Of a DNA stretch of 64,000 bases, positions 13,991 to 28,500 are shown in pieces. The first letter of the stretch is position 1, and every line of letters starts with the position of its first letter. Below the pieces are notes generated by a model. The model did not search any database. It was given only the letters and a program-made list of their open reading frames with translations, and was not told the origin of the DNA. This DNA is from Chrysomallon squamiferum (lineage: Eukaryota > Animalia > Mollusca): assembly GCA_012295275.1 (NCBI GenBank), contig CM022665.1:31930001-31994000 (forward strand), in the 5' to 3' direction. The position numbers and the translations under genes are program-made.

Positions 13991-14210
13991 CTTGATAGCA
14001 TTTCACCTCCATTAACCTGAGGGGTAGTTTTTCCTCCTGTGGGTGATTGGGTCTCCTCTCTGGAGGGGTTTGTCACCTGGGTTGTCTGTGAGGAATCCTT
14101 CAGCTGTTCAGGAGCTCTCTGAGTCTGTTGATTAGACTTCTGCTGCTGTTTGAACCGTGAAAGACTGAAGAAGAGGCCAAGAATTGCCTTCAGATTGCCA
14201 TCTTTTATAT
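13991..14210 (-). CDS. NAV2: Neuron navigator exon D (220 nt, phase 1->2): (D)IKDGNLKAILGLFFSLSRFKQQQKSNQQTQRAPEQLKDSSQTTQVTNPSREETQSPTGGKTTPQVNGGEMLS(R)
   Basis: Acceptor tctttttcag|ATATAA and donor TCAAG|gtgagg; open frame with raised GC. Contains the CH-domain end motif GNLKAILGLFFSLSR(Y/F)KQQQ and EM(Q/L)SR, both typical of NAV proteins. Confidence 0.96.
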
Positions 14211-16215
14211 CTGAAAAAGATTAGTAACAATAATTTATTTCATAAAAATAATTATTATGAAAGATATTTTCTGAGAAATAACAATAATGATAATAGCAAT
14301 AATAATAATAATAATAATAAGAATCATAATAGTAAAAATGATGATAATGATGATGATAATAAATTATATTTTATTATGTGAGTAGAAAAGCAATAAATAA
14401 GAAGTAATATTTGACAAACTAAAACTTAAAATAAAAATTAAATAAATAAATAAATATTTGAAATCTGAACGAAAGTAAGCAATAATATTTGTCTACTAGA
14501 ACAGAAAGTTATAACAATATTTTGCAACAAATAATAATAATAAATAAATAACTATTGGATTATGAAAATAAAATAAATAAATAATATTTGTCTAACAAAA
14601 ATTTTTTTTTTTTAAAAATGAAGAAAGGACAAACAATAAAACTAATTTCTAGCAAGTTCTGCCATTACGAAATCATTATTCTGAAGCAATTACACTTTCA
14701 TATTATAAAACAATGATGACCACTTAACGTGCAGATTTCTGTCAAATTACTGTAATAATGCAGTAAGTTTTTACATAAGTGTATGTATAATACAGACAGG
14801 ATCAAACAGGTGCATGTATTATAAAAAAAACACAGGAAGTTATTTTCTGAATTAACACTTGTCCTGTATCATGTCATTCTCTTGTCTGCAGTTTTTTTTA
14901 CATGAATAATAAATAAGTGTTTGAAGAGTGTGTTAGCTGCCATTGCAATATTTTGTTAAGTGGTTTGTAGAAACAAGCTGCAGTACTTTCTGAAAAACTG
15001 TCAGAAGTGGGATAAATAAAAATCATACATGTAATGGAGATAATAACAACAAAAAAATAGTGCAAAATAAATAAAATAATTTTTAAAATGTTTATTAGTC
15101 AGATGTGAAAAAATATATATAAAAACAAATAAGAAATTTCTTTGTGTGGGATGAAATAATTTATTGCTTTAATGTACCAAGGAAACTTGTATCCATGTTT
15201 TATTTGAAGACTGTATAAAAATTAATAAAATAAAAATAAGAACAATGTCAAAAGAAAGAACAAAAACAATGATAAAATAATAACAATATAAAAAAATAAT
15301 AATAATAGCTATAATGATAACAACAGCAGCAGTAACTACTAATAAATAAATAAATAACAACAGAAATGAATCAAATTATAAAAGTACATATATTTTTACT
15401 TGTACATGTAGGTGTATCTGAATGACTTGAAATGTTTCTTTTAAATTTCTGTGGTATCACTGAGATCTAACACTGTTCTGAAACATCATTACACAGTAGT
15501 AATTGAAATGTAATCATATTTACTGTTCATATTCGCATCTCTGTATCTAATAACATATATATTATTACCCTTAGCATTATATCCTCACCTCTGTATGTGG
15601 ATGGGTGGGTGGATGTGTGTCTATATATATATAGTGGTGATATATTATACTTAGTATCATTAACATATTTTTGTAATTTGTTCATTTCTTTTTATATGTT
15701 CAGTATCTTAATCAGAGTTATTAACATTCAATACAATGCTTTGTAGTTTTCAGTGTGTATTGTTATTTTTAGTATAATGTGAAAAAATATCTTTTATACA
15801 TTTTGGCATGAAATTTTGTGTTTTTATTCAAATTTAATTATTTTCAAAGTTTTTCAAAAGTACAATCAAACACTGCTCAAGCTCAGACCACTTAAATAAT
15901 AATAATAAGAAAAATTAATTAATTCTGTTCTTACATTAGTTTATATAATAATAGAACAAAACAAAAACAAAAAAAATAATTTCAAAATGACAAAATATAT
16001 ATAAATATAAATAATTCTATTCTTACACTGCTTTATATAACAATAATACAATCATAATAAAATAAATAATTTCAGAATGATCATAAAATACATTTTTTAT
16101 TAACAGATAAAAAAAATATGTCATATCTTTAGTGCTCAAAATACTAATAAGATGATATCATGTCAAAATGAAATACTCTGTATTTAGTGGACAAGTTATT
16201 GATATATTACTTTAC

Positions 16216-16288
16216 CTTTAGCACTGAGTCCATCCACATTGACACCCAGATTAGCTAGAAATGTCAAACAGGTGTTGATATTCTCTAC
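16216..16288 (-). CDS. NAV2: Neuron navigator exon C (73 nt, phase 0->1): VENINTCLTFLANLGVNVDGLSAK
   Basis: Acceptor attttcag|GTAGAG and donor GCTAAAG|gtaaag. In frame with exon B and resembles NAV 'IENIDACLNFLAAKGINIQGLSAEE'. Confidence 0.94.
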
Positions 16289-19200
16289 CTGAAAATATAA
16301 TATATGAGTGATTAGTATAAACTATTTAGAACAAACATTATAACTAGGTATATATAGGCTACATTATAGTACTGCTACACTCAGTGTGTGCGTTACTTGT
16401 AGGATACAATTGAATGTTATACTCAGTCTGTGGGGCATTATTAATTTTGTAGCTATACAATCATGTAAAACTGCAAAAGTTTTAATAGAAGAATGTAGTA
16501 TGTATACCTATTACATTTTATGTTGAAATTTTAAAGTAATATTTGCAGAAGGAAAAAAAAAAATTTTGTTTCAGCTTAGATTCTGCAGTTAACAGAATGG
16601 ATTAAATATGCCACACCATAATGCAAATATTACAAATGATCTGTCACAAATTGAAAAATATCAGACACAGTTTTCTCCTTTGATAGTGTACACTATTAAT
16701 TAAAATTCTTAATTGTGATTATAATTATGAATATTGTGTTTTTCTAACATTTCATCATACTGCTCATTAAATTTTATAAAATATGCATACATATTTGAAA
16801 CAGAAAATAATAATCAACATTCTTTATTACTTATTAATATCAGTATTCTAGATTAATATTTACAAGTATACCAATATTTCAAAGGATTGTACATTTTTGA
16901 AATAACCATAATCTGTAAATTTACTTCTAAAGACTAATTTATATAAATAAGCCATAAATAAAACAACTTTTAATGTAAAAGTTTATTAATAACTTATTAC
17001 ATACTGAAGAATGTTGAAACTTCATTCAGTTACATGCCTCAGTAAACTGATTGTTTCAGCACAAATGTTTCATTTCACTTTAATTTAATTATCTGATGAT
17101 CATGCATAAACAGGTCATTAAGGCAGGCACATTATTAAACTTTTTTTGTAAAGCCAGTTAAACACTTCAATTGAGTGGACACCTCATTATACACTTTTTT
17201 AATTTATTTATAAAAACATGTTACTGTTGATTAAACCAAACGTCTAATTTAACTGGACACCTGATTATTTCAAACATTTTTTTTAACCATGCTACTTTGA
17301 AAGTGATATTTGAACTCAACATTTCATTTAATGAGATATCTAATTACAATAAATTTAAAAAAAAAAAAAATAATAATAACAAAAAAAACATTTCATTCAA
17401 AACTACCACTAAAACAAACACATCATCTAACTTTTTTACAGATGAATACTAAATCCATTAAACCAAACAGTTTTAAGAAATCCATTATTATTAGTTTAAT
17501 AGGCAGTTAACAATGATATGGAAATTAATGTAATATTAAACAAATTAGATTTCCAGTTAACAAAAAGTGCCTGATGAAGGCAAATATTCAATATAAATAT
17601 CATTATTTAATTAATGAAATAAACACCTTAAATTCATGAGAAAATATTTAATCATGCATAAATTCACTTGCTGATCTGGACAGGAATAATTAGTGTATAT
17701 CCTGAAAAATTATTATACATTATAATGTAACTTCCCCTTCTATTTTTTTTCCAAATCCAAAATCCAGCAGACATATTTGTGTATTTGTTGATATTCCATT
17801 AATCTTAACAAAATATAGGTGTTTTAAATATTACACAATTCAATTTTCTACCTTTCTTTTTGTTTTGCCCTTTTGGAGGAAAAACAAATGAAAAAAAAAA
17901 CAATAATCAGTGATGTAAGAAATCAATTTTATTTATTCTGTGAAAAAAAGTAAAACATGTCTATATGTCTCACAGTCAGTTCTGTATGATATTTCACTAA
18001 TATCTGACTCAGTGTCTGCAGTGAATAATACTTCTTGTTGTTCATCCACTGGCTACGTTCAAAACTTGGCTTCCTTTGACTGAAGGGAGACAACTTGCTC
18101 TAGCTAATATGGATTTTATTTTTATGTGTTTTACCCTTGTTCAATCAAATGTCAAGCCATAAATTTTAATCTGGCTGCAAGAGAAATGTTGTAAAAAGTG
18201 CAGGCTTATATCAGTTAAAAAAAAAAATGAAAATAATAAAATTGAATGGTTTTCATGATAATCTTGCTGCAATACAATATTCTAGTTATAAGACCAAAAA
18301 TGAAAAAAAGAAGGAAAAAAAAGGAAACGACATCTCCCAAATATCATCAAGATTAGTTAATAATTTTTTTTTTAAAACAGGAATTGTGTTACATTTTAAA
18401 TAAGTTGTAATTATAAAACTAGAATTAATATTTTAGACTATGCAAGAAATTTTTTTTTTTTTTTTTAATTGTTTTTTTTAATTAATAATACTGAAATTTA
18501 TTTATTATTTGAGGTAAGACACTGCTTGATCAGCTCTCCTTTTCCACTCATTTGACTGTTTTACTTTCAGTCAGTGTCTAATAACTGCACAGTGTTTTAT
18601 CTAATCTCTGAGATGGTACATGCAAACTATTTCTTGCTACCAATAAGTAAAAATAGCCCATGGTTTCTTTTCTCTTATCACCTTGAAGAGAATATTTTCT
18701 GTGACACAAATGATTATTGATTGAATTTTTCAATACAAAATGTCATCAAAAGTTAAATAAATTGAACTTTTGTTGCTAAAAACTAACATAACATTTAAGA
18801 GACTACCTCACAAGAAAGACATAAGAAATTCTGTGTTAACTTTATTGTACATGCAAACCTAAATTACATAGTGTTGCTTAAAGCCAACAATGATGCATGC
18901 AAGAATGCATTCCATGGCACTGCAACAGAATGTCAGATGTTATGTTGTAAATCTTTTCACTACTTAATGATTGATATAGACCCAGACAGAAAGGGAAAAC
19001 AAAAAGAGAAAAGAAAAATTTTGGAAAAAAAAGGGAAATGAAAAAAAATATTAAATTAAAAAATCTCACACAGACATCATCACCTATTTATATTTAGTAA
19101 GTCTGGTCTTTGTTCAGTATATTTTTCAACCAAAAAAATAAAAAAAAATAAAAAATAAAAAATAATCCAGATATAAATACATCAATCAAAGGCTCATTTT

Positions 19201-21555
19201 CAAAAGTGGTTTCATATACAAATATCTCTAATACCTGCAGTTATCATTTGGATAATATTTTATCACATTCACAGGCAGCCATGCTAACTAGAGATAACCC
19301 AGTCTTGATGACAAGTCATCCAATTGATTTCACTTATCAAACAACAGCTCTTTAAATGGTTCAGCTTTCTTCATTTAGCTGCACTCAGGTGTTGGATGGT
19401 GAAATGCAATCTTACAGGATTTGATAAAAAAAAATTCTCAGACTGATAACATGGTGTAATAAAGAGGTAAGTGACTAGACAAAGAAGAAAAAGGTGTACA
19501 GAACATGCCAAATTATGGTATCAGGTATCAGTGAGATATCTGTTTTATTATCATCATCCTCATGGTTATTGATGGTGTTGTTATTGGTGCTCTTGCTGTT
19601 GCTAATAATAATATTATTGTTATTGTTGATGTTGCTACTGCTGATATTGTAATTATTGTTAGGTATTGATGATGTTCTTGTCTACAGTATCTTGTATAAG
19701 AGTAAATGGCATCACAAGACCACTTAAATTTTCTAATTATGCTCCAATAGTAAATGCTAATGAAGATCCTGCCATATTATTCAGTCAGGCATCAGTCATA
19801 ATTTATTGATGTTTTTATTGTATGACCAGGTTGATGCAGGATAACTGGCACACTATGCAACCTCTTAGATATATCAGTGTAAATATTCTATTTTTGTTTT
19901 GCATCATCCCACAGATTAGATATTGGCATATAGCAAAATTGTCTAGTCTGCATAGAATACAACAGTAGCCATGCTATCATAATAGAGTTTTGCTTAGGGT
20001 TTTGGGAAAGGTAAAATAAAAAAAAATAAAAATGAAGATAAGTTAAAAAATAAATATGCTGATAGATATTAGTTAAAATATCTACACATTCAGATAATTG
20101 GAAACCTTCCCAGAAAACTATCATATAAAACTTGGAATGTCAAAACAAAAAATACAGTGAAAAAACAACCTACCACATTCTCAGGACAAGCATTTAAAAC
20201 TGAATGTTTTATTGACAAACAGTACTATTATGAACTAAAAACATGTAATAATATATATTCACATGCAACAATACTAAGTTTTCTCTTTCTCACTCCCTCT
20301 AATTTTTTATTTATCTCTTTTTCTTATTAAATCTCTCAAAATGTATATTAAACAGAGTATGGCTTTTTAGGTGTTTTTTTTTTTATTATACTTTCTATTA
20401 ACTTTTAGTTAACTTTTAAAAGCTTAATGCATGCATCAAAAAATATATATATTTCAGCTATACAAAAAACAAATTTATTCTGGTACAAGAAAGCTTTTAT
20501 GTAAATTTTAATTTCAAAAATAAAATTACCATGCTGCATTAGTGTAATGTATTAGTTTTAGAAAATTAGCTTTAAAAGATGAAAAAATTTAATGACATTT
20601 TAGCAACATCTGAAAACACCTTTATATTAACAGTTACTGAGTTGAATTTCTTATAAGAGTACAAAAGAAAAAAGCTGCTGATGCTCTGTGGGTTATTCTT
20701 ACAGATTAGCAGCAAGGATATTTTTTGTATGTACTTTTCCTTGGACAGGAAAGAACATATAGAATATTTGTTAACCATTTCTGGATTAGAGGATGGCATT
20801 CTATCAGAGTTGGACAGAGCTGATATCTTAAGGCTATAACCAGTTATTTTTTTAATCCTGCAATTCTAAATAATACAAAAACTAAATAAATAGAACTGTT
20901 TTACTCACTGGTCATGAAAGTAGCAGATTTTGTTTTTGTTTTTGCCTACAAAAAGTACACACTAAAATAAAATAGTTCTTACATAACCACAATTAATTTG
21001 TTACCTTTTAAATGAAAACTGATTTTAAAACAATATCTTAAGAACTAAATCAGCACTTAAACATTAGAAAAATAACTTTGAACAATATAAAGTAATTTAT
21101 CAAACTTAAAATAGTAAATAGATAGACAGGCAGATAGACAAATAGGTAGATAGATAGATATAAAAAAAGGCAGTCCTCTCATACATTTTGCTCCTTTAAG
21201 ACTATTATAAAGTTGTACACTTACCTATGTATCCCAACATCAAAGAAGACACAGTACAATGTAAAACTGAAATAGTAAGCAATGCTAGCCAAGTACCACA
21301 CAGACAAATAAAAAGTGGATTGTTTTAAAAGTTGTCTCCAGCCTGCTAGACTGGTTGCAGGAGATACATCATTTCATTTCAATATGAACCAGATGTAGGA
21401 TGAGTCTGAAGTTCCAGAACTTTAGGGTGTGTCAAGTGTTCAGATGAGACAGGAAAAAAATGAAAAAAAAAAAAAAAAACATTGGTGAAAAGTCACCAAA
21501 GTGCAAGCAATTTAAAGTAGCAAGCAATAGATGTTTCTGGGTTTTTAAAAATATC

Positions 21556-21860
21556 TGTGTGTGTTTGTGTGTGTATGTGTGTGTGTGCATACTGGGATGT
21601 ATAATATGAGAGTGACTATATGAATTTTATAAATGAATAGCTGCAAGAATGGATAAATAGATGAGTGTTTGGTGTGTGGGTGTGTGTATGTGTTTGTGTG
21701 TGTGTGTGTGTGTGCATGAATACATGTATGTAGTATGTATGTATGTATGTGAATGCCTGTATACATGTGTATATGTGTGACTGTGGGTGCACATATATTT
21801 GTGTATATGTGCATAATATTTATAACATAGACATGTATATAGTTGACAACACATATATAT
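21556..21860. repeat. Compound (TG)n/(TATG)n tract
   Basis: Seen directly; explains the His/Thr-rich ORFs 21545-21991 and 21627-21854. Confidence 0.85.
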
Positions 21861-24800
21861 GTAGACCTATATATGTATCCATCTTGCAGTTGCCTCATGT
21901 ATAACCAAAATATTAATATCATTTGACATATAAGTAAACAGATGTCATCTTTCATGCTGTTATCAATAACATTAATATGTAAAAATGACATCAGTAACCT
22001 ACTTTCTAAAAACTGACTAAATAAATCTTTATGTATCTTAATTTATTTTAGAAACATTTGGTTAGAAGGATAATACAGATTTGTTTAAACTGTTCCATTA
22101 TACTGTAAATGATAAAAGTAAGAAATTGCACACAATTACTGCTTTATAAGCAGTTGGATACTTCTGTAAAATGTTCTGTTATTTGAGTGTTTGGTTATTT
22201 TTTGATCCTACAGTTTTAGAACCAAACTCACATACATTTTTCATTGATACACAACTCAGTAGAACATTTTATGTACTTTCCTAGCAAGAAAAAGGAAAGC
22301 AAAAACCATACTATTGATATACTAGTTACCAAACTATTTAAATGAATTTCCCAGTGTGCTGACTGAAGAGTACATAACATAAATCTTGATACAGACTACT
22401 AGTTAGGGAGATTCTCTAAATATTTACCCTTGGATAACCATAAAAGCATATGTGATATAGCCTTTGATGTTCAAGTTAAACATTTTAAAATAAATTTCAG
22501 AGTTCATGGTCATAAAGATTGCATGTATTGCTGGACATAAAGAAGTCAGAAAAATTACACATTACTGCCCTTGATGTGTACTGGTTAGGAAATGTACTTT
22601 TTTAAAAACTATTGTCAGAACATCATTATAGCATTTGGCAAATTAGAAAATATTTAAATGCATTTTTCTAGGGTAGCACATAGCCCAACTCTTGAGCACA
22701 GTTTGGGAGGTATTTAATATCTTTACTTAATTAGTAAAAAATATTACCTTTGTTAACTAAATAACTAAAGGCAGGAAAGCACATACCATAATATATCATA
22801 CAGCCAAGAAAAAGGAGTTTGGTATAAATAAAGATTAAATCAGTGGCTTTACTGAGACAGATAATTTCCATATTTTGTATTATGTTAAACACAAGTTACA
22901 ATATTTCCTGGTGTAACAATCCTTAATTCCACCATATGTTGCTTCAATAAATTAATTTTAAATCCTAAGATAAGCAAACTGGCATCTTGAACAACAAGAA
23001 TATTAAGAAGATGAAACAGAAATGATTTTGCTATTGCTCGGTTTGTTTCAGTTACCAAGCAGATGTTCAAAGAAGCATTCACATTTTTCATTAAATAATA
23101 AAGCCAGTGATTAAAGATTTGCTGATAAAATTCCACAATTAAGACTTTAGTGTTATTGAAACAGACAACTGGGAGATGTTCTCCACCAATAAAAAAGGGG
23201 GAGATGGATTTATTTGTAACAGCTAATGTGATGTTTATTATTTCTGTATTCCATGGATTGCAGAACAGACAAATAACATATCTCAGTTTTTAACACCACC
23301 CAGCAAGAATTTATAGCTGCATTGAAACAGATACTTGTTCAACATCTCTTGAAGTTCATGAAGGAAAAATCTTCTTTTTTTCTGTAGTTAAGTACTTTAA
23401 CACCTTTTCCTGAATCATTTCCTTCACAGAACCATCTGTTGGTTGCTGCCATATTAACATTTCTGGATGCAATGGGGAAAAACGCAGCCTCTTTTATAGT
23501 CTATATCCCTATTGTCAAAATTAGTGGATGCATTTCCCTAGAATTTGAGTTATGACAGTATGTTCCTATCATTTGAAGAAAATTTGGCAAATATATTTAC
23601 ATTTCACCAAATTTATATTGAATGCTAATGATTCTAGGCGAGTTAGACAGAAACTACAATTTATTGTCTAAAATAACATATGTATATACTTTAACCAGCA
23701 TGTATTAAAAAGTCACCAAACTTGAACAAACATAAATAAATAGATAAACTAAGATACAGCACTTAATAATACATCAGTTTATGTAATGAAAAAAAAAAAA
23801 ACCTTGTAGCAGTCAGATAGTCTTATAAAGAAATTTCCTGTATTTTATTAACAGTTTCACTCTACAGTGTATTCAAATATACAATACACACATACAGTAC
23901 AGCATTTATATTATTTTTACATACTACACCTGTTGCAAAGTTTTCTTTCTTTTTTCAAAATGCACTTAAAAACATTTTGTCTTCTCTGTTTATTTTTTTT
24001 TTAATCCCATTTTATTTTTTTACTTTCTCAAACCTAGAAAGTGTTACTGGTTTAAAAGAAAACACAGACTGACAACACCATTGCTTGTTATCTCTGCTAT
24101 CTTGCCTGGATATTCTCACACAGGCATACACTAGCGACCCATTGAATAACCTTGGCCACAGATCATCACTGTTACTGGATCCCAGACTAATTTCAATCTC
24201 TAAAAGTCAGCACAGATTTTTACCTTCTGAAGCCATCAGATTTGAGGCTGTCACTTCTCATTTTTTTACTGTACAAGCAATTTTCCTACAAGCATAAATG
24301 GGATTAGTCCACTTAGTAACTAGTATTAACTTTGTGTATTCAAGAATCTGATGTCTGCTTTGTTTTTTAAATATTTGGTTTGCATCTAGGTTAAAAACTA
24401 AAATGCAGATAAATCCCATTACATAAGTGCTTGAATTATTGAACTGGCTATAGGCAGGCTAATGCTTACCTTATTAATACAATAGTTAAGTAAAAAAATA
24501 TCAAAATAATTTGGAATATAGCATTGAATCTTGTAAAACTACGAATAATTTTCTGTTAGAGATAAATTTTATAATATGGTTGCATAAATCAAAAATAGAA
24601 ATTGTTTTTCTTTTTACTAAAAACATAAAACAAGTTTACAGGATTAATCTACAGAATCTTCAGAGTATTAACACAATATACGGGGGAAAATGTTTTTGGA
24701 AATAAACTGAACCCCCCCCCCCCCAAAACCCCAACAATACACAAACCATAAATATTCATTTTGCAACAGCTTTTCAGTTTTGTCTCTATACATTTCCTAC

Positions 24801-25339
24801 TACATATCTTATAAACTATTGCACAGACAAAAAAACCCAACAAAAAAAACCATGAAGACTAATTCCTTCAGAAATCATGCGTAGCATTACAATACATTCT
24901 GAAAGATTTTTATTACCTACCAAAAGCTCTGTTACCATTTACATAACCAAGAAAAAAGGAAAAAGAAAAAGAAGATAAAGATGGCATGTATAATGAGTCA
25001 TGGAAGATTCATCTCCAAACCAAAAATAATATTAGTAGTTTGTTCAATAAATAATTCAGGAATGTAAAAATAAATTTATGGTCATTTATGTGGAAAAATA
25101 TTATTAATGATCACTAACTCAGTCTAAACTGTTGTTTTTCACTTTTAAAAAAAAATTAAATAAATAAAATAAACAATTAAAGTCTACATCTATACAGATT
25201 AAGGAAATGTAATCCACCAGATATATTTTATGGTGTTTTGAATTACTTTAGCAGATATACAGGAAACAAAACCCATTTATATAAATTTTAAATATCATGA
25301 AAGCATTAATTACATTTAAAAAAAAAATAATTGTATAGA

Positions 25340-25510
25340 AATAATAGTCATAGTAGTAGTTACAGTAGTAATGTAGTAGGAGAAATAGTACAGTAATAAT
25401 ATTAGTATTAGTGGCAGAGTAGTAGTAGTAGTAGTAGTAACAGCAGTAGTACTAGCAACAGCAATAATAGTAATACTAACTGTAGTAGTTATAGCAGTAG
25501 TTGAAGTAGA
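25340..25510. repeat. Degenerate (TAG)n/(CAG)n trinucleotide tract
   Basis: agtagtagtagtagtagtaacagcagtag seen directly. Confidence 0.8.
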
Positions 25511-28500
25511 AAAATTAACTATCATTAGAAAATTAAGAAATTAATTAATTAATGTTATTTGACAACATACTAATGCATTTAATGTTAGCAGATACCATAT
25601 ACCAAAAATACTTTTTATATAATTATTAATATTAAGAAATACAAATTAACAAGTTTAGTCATTTTGAAAGTGTTGACAATTAACAAATCATTAACACAAG
25701 AAATTAAAATAAACAGATAAATAAATAAATTAAGTTAGACAGAGACTGCCTTGCTGATGACTAAATTAAATTCAAACTGAAATATACTTCATTGAAATGC
25801 CTGCCAGACATATACTTATCAGAGGTCTACATAAAACAGATGTCTCAAATGATAAACTTTCTCCTTGGGTGATAATCAGCTAATTGTTTAACCACTTGTT
25901 TCCCATCTAATAAATATTAAATACATTTTTTAAAATAATGTATTAAATTAACTCCAAATAAGGATCTGGCAAAAGCAAATATCAAAGAATAAATTCTTTT
26001 ACTCTTAATTAAATTATGTTATGGAATTTGTTCACTGTTTTTATCTTTTTCTTTTGATTCTTTTTCTTTTCTTTCTTTCTTTTTTTCTTTTTTAAATGTT
26101 TATATTTTTTATTATTATTTTTAAAATTCATTTTCAAGAAATTTTATGCTATTGTACAATTCTGTTTACTGTAATATTCTAATATTGTCTGTCAATTTCC
26201 TATCACTATTTTAATATTCAATATTAATTCCAGAATCCTATTATAATATCAGTAATTTTGATTGGTGCTCTTTGGCAAGCAAAACCAAAGAAATTCAATA
26301 ATTTATGACAGGAGACAAAACAGATCATGGCAAATATCTGTTAAAAAATAAACAATGTCATATTGATCACATTTTAAACATTTTCAAAACAACTGATTGT
26401 TAAATATCACTGACTCAGTAAAGAATATGCTGATTAAACTCAGGAATATTGTTTTGGTTCTGAAGATAATTCTGCATATGACTGTTTCAGTTTACCATTT
26501 GAAAACAGATGGTATTTCTCAAATATGGATCCACTGTAGGCTTAAATATTAAGAACAATAATCAACAAATATATGAAATATAATTATGTATATGCAGGCA
26601 TAGCCACATACACATGTACATATATTAAGGCACTCATAAACAGGTAAATACATATGTGCACTTTTTCAAATACCCCTCATATAACACAAATTTACAAAAG
26701 CACACACACACTGATTGTATTTATAAACAATATATGAACACACACACACAAACATATGCCCTCAACATTTTTTTTTTTTTTTTTTTTTTTCAAACTCTGA
26801 ACTACACTTGTGTTGCTAATCTCAGTTGTAAGGGAGTTTATTAAGCAATATCTTTCAACAAATATTTCATAACGGTAATAAAAGTGTGAGAAAACTATTT
26901 TCCCTTGATTTATGTACATTTGTGTTTTACCAGACACAGTGATGTGGTGCTGTCTCTATATCTATTTTATTATTTATTTGCACAGGTTTTGATTCAGTCT
27001 ACTGCCCACTGTATAACAATACTATTACACATCAGTCAACTACCGTATAATTGAATAACTCTAGTTTTACACAATTCATATTAACCATATTATATTATTA
27101 CTATTTTTATTATTATTATTAACATTGTTTTGTTTTTTTCCTGGGTTTTTTGTTTTTGTAAATTTTATTGTTTTAAACAACTGTGTAATTAATTATATTA
27201 CATGATTTTAACTGTATTATTTATTTATTTATTTATTTATTTATTACTATTATTTTGGCTTTGTTTTCAAATTTTTTGTATTAAACAAAATCTGAAAAAT
27301 GCTGTTATTTCATGTATTTCATAATCTAGAAATGACATTTACTGACAAAAATGTTAATCTTTTAAACTCATACAGTAACAAAAAGTTTTGTTTTTTTAAT
27401 TTTTTCTATTGTGAGTTTTAAAGAATGTTAAAAATCGAAATTTAAGAGCAAAACTAAATGTATATCTTTATTTGAAAAACTGAATGTTGCTACTTAAAAT
27501 GATGGTAATTAATTTATTAAAAAAAAAAAAAACAATAATAATAATAATAATAATAAATGTTTTACATTCAAGTATTTTGAAACAAAATATAAGTAGTTTG
27601 GGTCCAAAAAATACATATTTTCTATTAATTTTAATAGTATTTATTACAGAGACTCAAGCCATTTTATTGATTTATTTTTCCAGAATTGGAAAACATTATT
27701 TTTAAAATTGACATTTCACTTCCTAAAAATTTTAAGACTGCATATTGATTTTTTTTTGATTTTTTTTTTGGCATAAATTAATATTCAGAATGCATGCATT
27801 TGCAGATTGAAAAAATATCAATTTCAAATGCATACTTCCCACAATAGCAGTCATTTCAATTCAACCATATATTTGTCTTGTAGCAGCAACTGTTGAGAAT
27901 GTCACTGAACAAACACTTCATGGCATTTACATAGTTCTTTTCATCCATCAATTCCTTCAATTAAATGATCGAACATCACAACAATGAAGCCATTTTTATT
28001 TTACATCCTGTGATCTAAATATATTGCCTTTATTAATCTGAAATAATATTTTTACATGAAAACTCTAATGTGTTAAGTATTTTTCAAGGCAAAGGGCCTT
28101 GGGAGAAGATTTTGGTGTAATTTGATATTTCTTTTATTGCCTAAAGGCATTTTTAAAGGTTATGCACATTAAACCTTTGAAACCCAAGGGCCAGCATTAC
28201 AGCCAACTGGAAACCATTTGAAAAGACATAATATTTGATTTGGTATATATGTATTATTTACAAAAATCTTCTAGCCAACTAATATATATTTTACAGATTA
28301 TGGATATAATTTCAAAAAATTTGTTTGCTGATTTCAGTGTGAGAAATGTTCCCTTTAAATGTATGAACACAATATAATTATTAAAAAGTTGAAAAAATAA
28401 ACTAATAAACTTCAAAAGGACAATGACGTTATTATTTGATGGGAAAAAAAAATTATAACATAATAATAATAATAATAATAATAACAATTATAATGATGAT

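Noticed and set aside
16283-16291. CAG|GTAGAG at the exon C start as a recursive splice site
   Set aside because: GTAGAG is a poor donor and simply encodes Val-Glu; I saw no strong polypyrimidine-AG|GTAAGT site in the long introns.
17150-17265. Possible mariner/Tigger MITE end (two TGGACACCT motifs)
   Set aside because: No matching opposite TIR or TSD could be identified.
21225-21266. Possible 42-nt cassette exon (tttcag...ATAG|gtaagt, minus strand)
   Set aside because: It has an in-frame TGA in the required phase and would interrupt the CH domain. A lone consensus donor is expected by chance; a poison exon cannot be excluded without RNA data.
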